In this document: positions 63,849-64,000 of the stretch, piece after piece
Layout of the letters: each line of letters starts with the position of its first letter
Position numbering within the stretch: position 1 is the stretch's first letter
From: Camelus ferus
Lineage: Eukaryota
Direction of reading: 5' to 3'
NCBI RefSeq assembly: GCF_009834535.1
Contig: NC_045697.1
Coordinates: 116,996,001 to 117,060,000 of the forward strand
DNA: 64,000 nucleotides
The notes under the pieces: generated by a model
Databases searched by the model: none
Told to the model about the DNA's origin: nothing
The model's input: the letters and a program-made list of their open reading frames with translations, nothing else
Position numbers and translations under genes: made by a program

Positions 63849-64000
63849 CTTTAAACTGTTATTTCATGTCTTTGTAGCCTTGGAAGTCCTAACAGGGCAC
63901 TCACCTCTTTTCATATTCTCCGCTGATGAAGACTTTCCCTTCTAAAGGAACATCTACAGAGGAGGTTTGCAGAGGGAGAGTGAGGGGTAGTGAGCATGGA

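Noticed and set aside
1..64000. The ORF track as protein-coding genes
   Set aside because: Short ORFs, many with non-ATG starts and low-complexity or repeat-derived composition; only L1 ORF2 fragments resemble known proteins.

Overview
Mammalian, repeat-rich non-coding DNA, most likely from a camelid (Camelus/Lama/Vicugna). That inference rests on nine tRNA-Ala-derived SINEs resembling the camelid Vic-1 family plus cetartiodactyl-type L1 3' ends. I found no protein-coding gene I can support; the only ORFs with recognisable protein similarity are decayed L1 ORF2 pieces. The window holds about 15 truncated L1 copies (one with a twin-priming 5' inversion, one tandem pair), at least 10 ERV-type solo LTRs or LTR fragments (six in the first 7 kb), several MaLR LTRs, hAT-Charlie DNA transposon remnants, MIR/L2 relics and microsatellites. 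The main unique-sequence feature is a CpG/GC-rich promoter-like element at ~26.6-27.25 kb with a CTCF motif. Weak splice and polyA signals hint at unannotated, probably non-coding transcripts. Repeat family names come from recalled consensus sequences, not a database search. I see no convincing novel biological system; the findings are modest-interest observations on TE biology and regulation.
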